Source: Octopus vulgaris
Taxonomy: Eukaryota
NCBI GenBank assembly: GCA_951406725.2
Contig: OX597832.1
Coordinates: 32,550,001 to 32,614,000, forward strand
Direction of reading: 5' to 3'
DNA: 64,000 nucleotides
The notes beneath the pieces were generated by a model. That model had not been told where the DNA came from and made no database searches. It saw only the letters and a list, made by a program, of their open reading frames with translations. Position 1 is the first letter of the stretch. Every line of letters starts with the position of its first letter. Below are positions 57,895 to 64,000 of the stretch, piece by piece. A program made the translations under genes and the position numbers.

Positions 57895-58419
57895 CTACAC
57901 AGACTCGCATATATGCATGTGTGTATGCGCTTACCTGAAGCCGTTACTAATAACGATCACTATAATGGTGATATTTTAAAAATTTATGAGTATAGTTATC
58001 ATCTTGTCGATCATATCAATTATTTCTTTAAGTTACTTTTCGAATTGCGTTTTTATTACGCAAGTGAGTCGGTAATTGTATGTGACACATTAAAAAAATA
58101 ATGAGAACGCCGCTGGTTTCCAACATTCTTCATCGTGTTACAAGTGGCATTGCATTATATATTTTTTAGCTTTTTTATGCGTACTTTTCCACAAGATTAA
58201 TTCTAGATTATATATATATATGTGTATCGATAAGTGGATCTTCAAGCGCATAAATCTATAAATAACAAGATGTGAATCATGAAAATATTTATAGTTTTAT
58301 GTGCTTCGAGACCCACTTCTCCAAAAGACAATTATTTTCTCGTTCTTTCGAAACACTTAACGTATATCTATATATGCAAACACACACAAATATAGATTGA
58401 TAGATTATATATATATATA

Positions 58420-58486
<67 letters not shown>

Positions 58487-58967
58487 TCAAGTACTATCTC
58501 TCCCATATCTATTTATAAATAATCTCACGTATTTTGTTTGTTTAAGTGGTATTTGACCACTTCAAACGAATTTGCAGGCATGGTGGGGTGGATCGAGTCA
58601 TTTGGGTGTAGGGACTATTTGGCGCTACATTCGAAATAATGATTTCAAATTAACCAGCATTATTTTTGATAACCTAGCTGAGATAAGGCGGTATCATTGT
58701 TCACTGAATTTTTTTAATGCCAATATTAAGTTTGTAACTATTCCGTGGCATAGACGTAATTTTTACTTTTCTTTTTAGCGAATCAGGTGGCCATATAGTA
58801 CTTTCTCTCTCTCTCTCTCTCTCATTCTTTCTCTCTCTCTCTCTCTGTATATATATATATATATATATATACATATATATATAATTTAATTATTTTTCCT
58901 GTAGTCGCTGCTACATTATTTTTGATAGTACTACCGCTCACACACACACACACACACACATATATAT

Positions 58968-59187
58968 AGCCAGGCTCATGGGCCCGGTTTCCCGGTTTCC
59001 ATGGCGTATGTGTTTCCCAGCTGGATGGGACGCCAATCCATCGCAGCGTTACTCATTTTTGCCAGCTGAGTATACTGGAGCAACATGAAATGAAGTGTTT
59101 TCCTGAAGAATACAAGGCGCCGCCCGGCTCAGGAATCGAAACAACGATCTTACGATCATGATGCTGACACCCTAACAACTAATCCAT
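58968..59187 (-). mobile_element. SINE family D (family C tail, different central domain)
   Basis: Tail CTCATGGGCCCGGTTTCCCGGTTTC is identical to 44233-44257. Central CACTTCATTTCATGTTGCTCCAGT..ACTCAGCTG is shared with the plus-strand copy at 26740-26915. Confidence 0.75.
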
Positions 59188-59702
59188 AGGTTAAAAGTTT
59201 TGAATTAATTTTTAAAGCATTTTACGATCGTTTCGCAGAAGAGTTATCCCTATAATGAAATCCTATATTAATAAACATTTATAGACAACCCTTCTGCTCT
59301 TCAGAGCTATACAATATGAATATTGTATAATATATCGAATGATAGTTTTTTTTAAAATTTAAAGTAAAATTGTAAAATGGTGTTTGTAAAATAGTGTTTG
59401 TTTGAAGTGTAAAATAAAAATTAATAATCCGTAATATTCAAACTCAAAATCCGTCGTATTATCTTGCATTCCTTTATAGTTCATGTAGTTAGTTTAGAAA
59501 TGTGAAATCTGTATATACTTTAGTATGAGAGTCTTGAAATCCATATGTCTTCTTGGTGATTCCTCTGTAGCAATCCTTGCCATTTTTGTCTTTGTGATTC
59601 TTCTGTAGCAATCCATATTTTTTGTATAAAATTCATTATATTATACGGTAATCCAAATATAGTTCATAATACAAAATCAAATTATATTTTAAATTATATT
59701 TG

Positions 59703-59962
59703 TTACCGAGCAGCAGTGATACAACAGAAGTTAGATAGCTATGCAAATATAGCTTGGGGAAATTTCGAACCTGGGTTCGAAGACACCTGATGAAGGCTGG
59801 AGAGTATATCAGCTGAAACGTTGTGTTAACAACAAACAAGATGAGGACAAATATCGTCAAATGTAAATAATGTAAATGATGTACATAATTCCTCATCTCT
59901 TGAATATAGAACTGTATTTGCAGAGCTAATCTAACTTCCGTTGTATCACTGCTGCTCGGTAA
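59703..59962. repeat. 50-bp inverted repeat enclosing the hammerhead-bearing core
   Basis: 59703-59752 versus the reverse complement of 59912-59962: 3 substitutions and 1 indel by hand alignment. Confidence 0.9.
59782..59827 (+). ncRNA. Minimal type I hammerhead ribozyme motif in a Penelope-like repeat
   Basis: GACAC-CUGAUGA-A-GGCUG...CAGCU-GAAA-C-GUU-GUGUU. Stem I (GACAC/GUGUU), stem II, conserved core, and palindromic AACGUU in place of stem III, as in dimer-acting PLE hammerheads. Confidence 0.75.
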
Positions 59963-60844
59963 AATTCAGGTAAGGGCTACAGAGGTGAGTTGGCTGAATC
60001 GTTAGCGGGCCGGACAAAATGTTTAATGGCATGTCGTCCGTCATAAGTACCGGAATATCACTTGTTTTGATATAACCGATTTAACTGCTCCGCCGAAATT
60101 GCTGGCCTTGTGCTAAAATTTGATACCAATATTCAGATAAGGTTCCACAAAATCCTAAGATTATCTTTACAATGATATCAATGATATACACAAAAATGTA
60201 CAAAATATCAAATCATGCTTGTACGTGTACAACGACGGTGAACATATATTAGACACACACATATGTTTATGTATGTATGTATAAATGTATATGAAAAAAA
60301 TAATGTGAGAGACAATATATGGAATTCACGAGTCTCATCATAAGAAACAGAATCTTGTAAATTTCATTTTCTGTCACTTTTACTTTCTATATAAACGCTA
60401 CGGACACGGAAGGATTCCTGAGGTACCTCCATACGTTTGTTTACGTCAGGTAGACGAATACCCTTGCTGGACTTTAAACTGCAAATTACTATGTATATAG
60501 CTGAATACGACATTATATGTGTGCGTGTGCTTGCTTGTGTGTGTGTATGTGTGTGTGTGTGTGCATTTATGTGTATATTTATAGGCATCTGATTTTGTTT
60601 GCTCTTTCTTTCTCTGCGCGCCTACACACCCATATAGAAATACATAAACACATACATGTGTGTGTGTGTGTGTGTGTACATACAAAATTTTACTCATATT
60701 CGTATATGATATCCAAACCTAATTTCTGTTTTAATGCACTTATGTAATAAATATTTACATTTAATAAATAAATATGGATTTACTTTGCATGATTTCAGAG
60801 AAATATTCATAGATATATATGTTACAAAATTCTCTTTATTCCTA

Positions 60845-60949
<105 letters not shown>

Positions 60950-61222
60950 GCGAGTGTGTGTGTATTTTTGTGCATAATATTATTATGAATTATCTCCCAC
61001 CGTAAAACATAGCAAATGTGAAATATATCAAACTGAGAACATAATTCTATTTTAGTAATTCTTTACATTACTATTTCTGTTTTCATTTATTTCCTTATAT
61101 GGCATTTACAAAAAGGTCACACACCCCATTCGTTATTCCTCGCTTCTTCTTAAATGGTACAGACCTTCAGTTTGGATATGCTTTCCTTTTATTTCTAATC
61201 TGGGAAGTGCAGCAGCAGTAGC

Positions 61223-61272
<50 letters not shown>

Positions 61273-61675
61273 AATACTGTTGTAGACATACTACAGTACA
61301 ATTTATAAAAAGCAGCGAGCTGGCAGAATCACTGCTTCGCACGTCGGGTAAATTTCTTAGCGGCATTTTTTCCCTATTCATGTTTTGTGTTCAAATTCCG
61401 ACGATGTCGACTTTTCCTTTCATCCTTTTCGGGTTGACAATAGAGAACCTGTTGAGCACTGAGGGCAACGTAATCGATTTACGACTCCCCTCGGGGTTGA
61501 GGGCTTTCTCTCGAAATTTGAAATCGTGATACAGAAAATATATTGTTCTTCTATGTCGCTTCATATTCTTAGTTTAAATTTTATGGGTCATGTTTATTCA
61601 TGGCTTTTAAAGAATTGTTGAGACTGTTACAAGTTTTGTTAATATCTACATTTTGCCTGCCCAGTTTAGTTATAT

Positions 61676-61832
61676 AGGCGTGGCTGTGTGGTAAGACGCT
61701 TGCTTCCCAACCATATGGCTTCCAGTCCAGACAAAATGCGTGACACCTTCGGCAAGAGTTTTCTACTGTAGGTTCGAGTCGACAAAAGCTTTCTGAATGG
61801 ATTTGGTACACGGAAACTGAAAGAGGCCCGTC
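61676..61832 (+). mobile_element. SINE family A head
   Basis: GGCGTGGCTGTGTGGTAAGACGCTTGCTTCCCAACCATATGG...GGATTTGGTACACGGAAACTGAAAGAGGCCCGTC. Related copies at about 7522-7590(-), 24615-24720(+), 29275-29390(+), 35460-35590(-), 50058-50098(+). Confidence 0.75.
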
Positions 61833-61833
61833 A

Positions 61834-61893
<60 letters not shown>

Positions 61894-62262
61894 TACCACA
61901 TAGTAAATTAATGGTTATGGGTGCAACCCACTAAGGATTAGTATTTGTCCAATATACTGTTGGTAAAGTACCCAAATTCTTAATACATAAATGTTTTTAA
62001 TTGGAATGCAATTAACTTATTTATTGTATTAAACGGGTGAAGGTAAAGAAATATTTTACCGTTAATTTATAATACAAATAAAAAACATGGAGAACAAATT
62101 TAGCTTGTTCATCAACTTTCGGATATTAAAATGTTGAATTATTTATTCATTTAACAAAATGAGAACCTTAATAGCATACATATATATCTTATAATTCAAT
62201 ACATATAAGATAAGAATACAAATTATAAAAATCATAATATAAATTATTGAAATCATTAAAAT

Positions 62263-62400
62263 CACCCCTTACAGCTGTTTCAGCCTATGGTTAAAAGTAG
62301 TTATTTTTATTTTTATTGCCTATAGTTGTGAATTATATTGAGGTTGTAGGCATTTAAAAATATGGTACTTATATGTATAACCATAGGCCTCATCAGGATA
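62263..62400 (-). ncRNA. Hammerhead-like motif at the end of an AT-rich Penelope-like repeat (about 61895-62400)
   Basis: Minus strand reads CUGAUGA-GGCCUAUGGUUA...UAACCAUAGGCU-GAAA-CAGCUG-UA. 12-bp stem II, inner UGCCUA/UAGGCA stem, palindromic ACAGCUGU stem III. Stem I pairs poorly in this copy. Confidence 0.65.
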
Positions 62401-62489
62401 CACGTATACTTTAATATATATAAAAATATGAACAAATATCCATATAGACTTATACATATACATAAGCAGAGTGTATATACTTTTACATG

Positions 62490-62864
62490 TGATGGGGAAA
62501 GGCGGAATTGCCAGATAACTGGGATGAGGATATGGAGGTGGTACTACCTAAATGCCAACTGAAGGAACTTCAAGATGAACTTAAGAACGCTTACGTGTTG
62601 ATATATAGGAGATTAGACAGGAAAAAGAAAAAGGAACTTGAGAGACATTACGGGGTAATATTAGAGGACTATGTAGAGTTTGATTCGATTAAGTAAGAGG
62701 GTAAGTAAGTGATGTTGACCGATGGGGCGGTTAACATCGCTGTCATTACTCATTTCACTCCTTTTCATCTTTATCATGCGCTTATGGTTTTTTTTGGTGT
62801 TTTGTGTCCCCAATGTTTTGTGTTGTCCCATTCTGTGTATAGCCCCTTGTGGTTAATAAGAAAT
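62490..62864 (+). mobile_element. 3' end of a retroelement: ORF terminus, 3' UTR stem-loop and SINE-matching tail
   Basis: Open frame ending ...LERHYGVILEDYVEFDSIK* at 62696. Hairpin GATGTTGACCG/CGGTTAACATC at 62711-62738. Terminal TCTGTGTATAGCCCCTTGTGGTTAATAAGAAAT matches the SINE tails at 56820-56853 and about 56990-57023. Confidence 0.55.
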
Positions 62865-63002
62865 CATGCTGTGTTTTTGATAAAGCTCTGTTGGATTCTA
62901 TTATACTTTATCGAACTACGGTTGGATTATTATTGTTGAAGTTGTTGTTGCCGTTGTTTTTTATTGGACTACTGTTGAAAAGCAGTAACGGTAAGCCTAA
63001 TA

Positions 63003-63940
63003 ATGGCTAGCCCTGAGAGGCCAAGGATGGCTAGCCCTGAGAGAGACGAAGAGGAAATGGAACGGATATGCGAATTGAGATTGGATTCAGACTCTGAGGA
63101 GGAAGAGAACATAACAGAAAAAAAAAAAATGTTAGCAACTACAAAAAGAAATATAGCAGTGCCAAGCCTGGAGGCTGGAAAGCTAAATGGACAATTGAAT
63201 TTTGCAGCACCGGCTGGCGCAAAAGTAAAAAAAATAGACATGAGTAATTTGGAGGAGGCGAAAAAGTTTTTGACGAAAGAGGGAATCGAAACCAAAGTGA
63301 AGACTCCACAACAAATCAAAGGAAAGCGTTGAAAAAAGAACGCTAATATATAATAAAACAAAACAAAGGAGTAATAATTGATTTTGTCGACGAGAAGAAA
63401 ATTGAGAAGTTTCTTGAGCGCCTATTGGGTAAAAATCAAATATTTAACTCGTGGAAAGAAAGTCGCAACAGTAGAGGTCAGATTCGGGTCAGAAAAAGAA
63501 GCAAAACTTCACTCGGTAGAGCCGATTAGAACGGAAGAAGTGGTGCTTCTACCAATTTATATTGGTAGAAGACCCTCCAGAATAACAAATGCTAACATAC
63601 CACCTGAAGTGGAACCCGAGTGTTTCGTCGCGGCAATAACGATGGGTCTGGCAAGTAAACCGAAATTGTCGACGGTGTCGTGGAGGAGCCACGAAACTAG
63701 GTCGGTCAAAGGGTAAAAATTACCCTATAGGCTGAGCCAGCTGCACTGGAAGAAATAACGGAGATCATAGAGGTTGGTGAGAACCGTCTGCCTGTAATGG
63801 TAGAAGGTCGCCAGCCATGCTGTTTTCAGTGTGGCGAAAAAGGCCACCTCAAAAAGAACTGCAAACCAGCAGAAGAAAAACTCACGAGTGAACCTGCAAC
63901 AACATCAAACGTTTCAACAACTCCGGTACCAGATGAGTAA
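63003..63940 (+). mobile_element. Tx1/L1-like ORF1 (gag-like, zinc knuckle), frameshifted; element runs off the window end
   Basis: ORFs 63003-63332 and 63378-63716, plus a third frame with LPVMVEGRQPC-CFQCGEKGHLKKNC (CX2CX4HX4C at 63821-63862). The ORF start carries a 24-bp-period duplication (MASPERPR-MASPER). Confidence 0.75.
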
Positions 63941-64000
63941 GCAGGGGTGGGGTGACAGCCACAAAAGGAAACACAAAAATCCCCCCCCCCCTGTAAAAGA

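Noticed and set aside
59557-59614. 21-bp direct repeat GTGATTC(C/T)TCTGTAGCAATCC
   Set aside because: Simple local tandem duplication with no further structure.

Overview
AT-rich, microsatellite-dense eukaryotic DNA. The repeat complement (tRNA-derived SINEs, TAA-associated RLE LINEs, Tx1-like, RTE-like and CR1-like LINE relics, mariners, Penelope-like hammerhead repeats) looks like an octopus or other coleoid cephalopod genome; that assignment is my inference. No intact, confidently identifiable host gene is present, and nearly all listed ORFs are translations of simple repeats. Well-supported features: an R4/Dong-type LINE relic cleanly split by a ~1.2 kb mariner with a TA duplication; a second R4-type 3' end stacked inside another element's (TAA)n tail; three structurally different hammerhead-ribozyme-like motifs, one enclosed by a 50-bp inverted repeat; a Helentron/HINE-like element; a ~370-bp-arm inverted repeat; several SINE families, two with 3' tails matching other retroelement 3' ends in this window; and a Tx1/L1-type ORF1 (zinc knuckle) element preceded by what may be the 3' end of an ORF1-only copy. 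A possible minus-strand terminal exon (6512-6840) encoding a Cys-rich, GPI-signal-like C-terminus is reported at low confidence.
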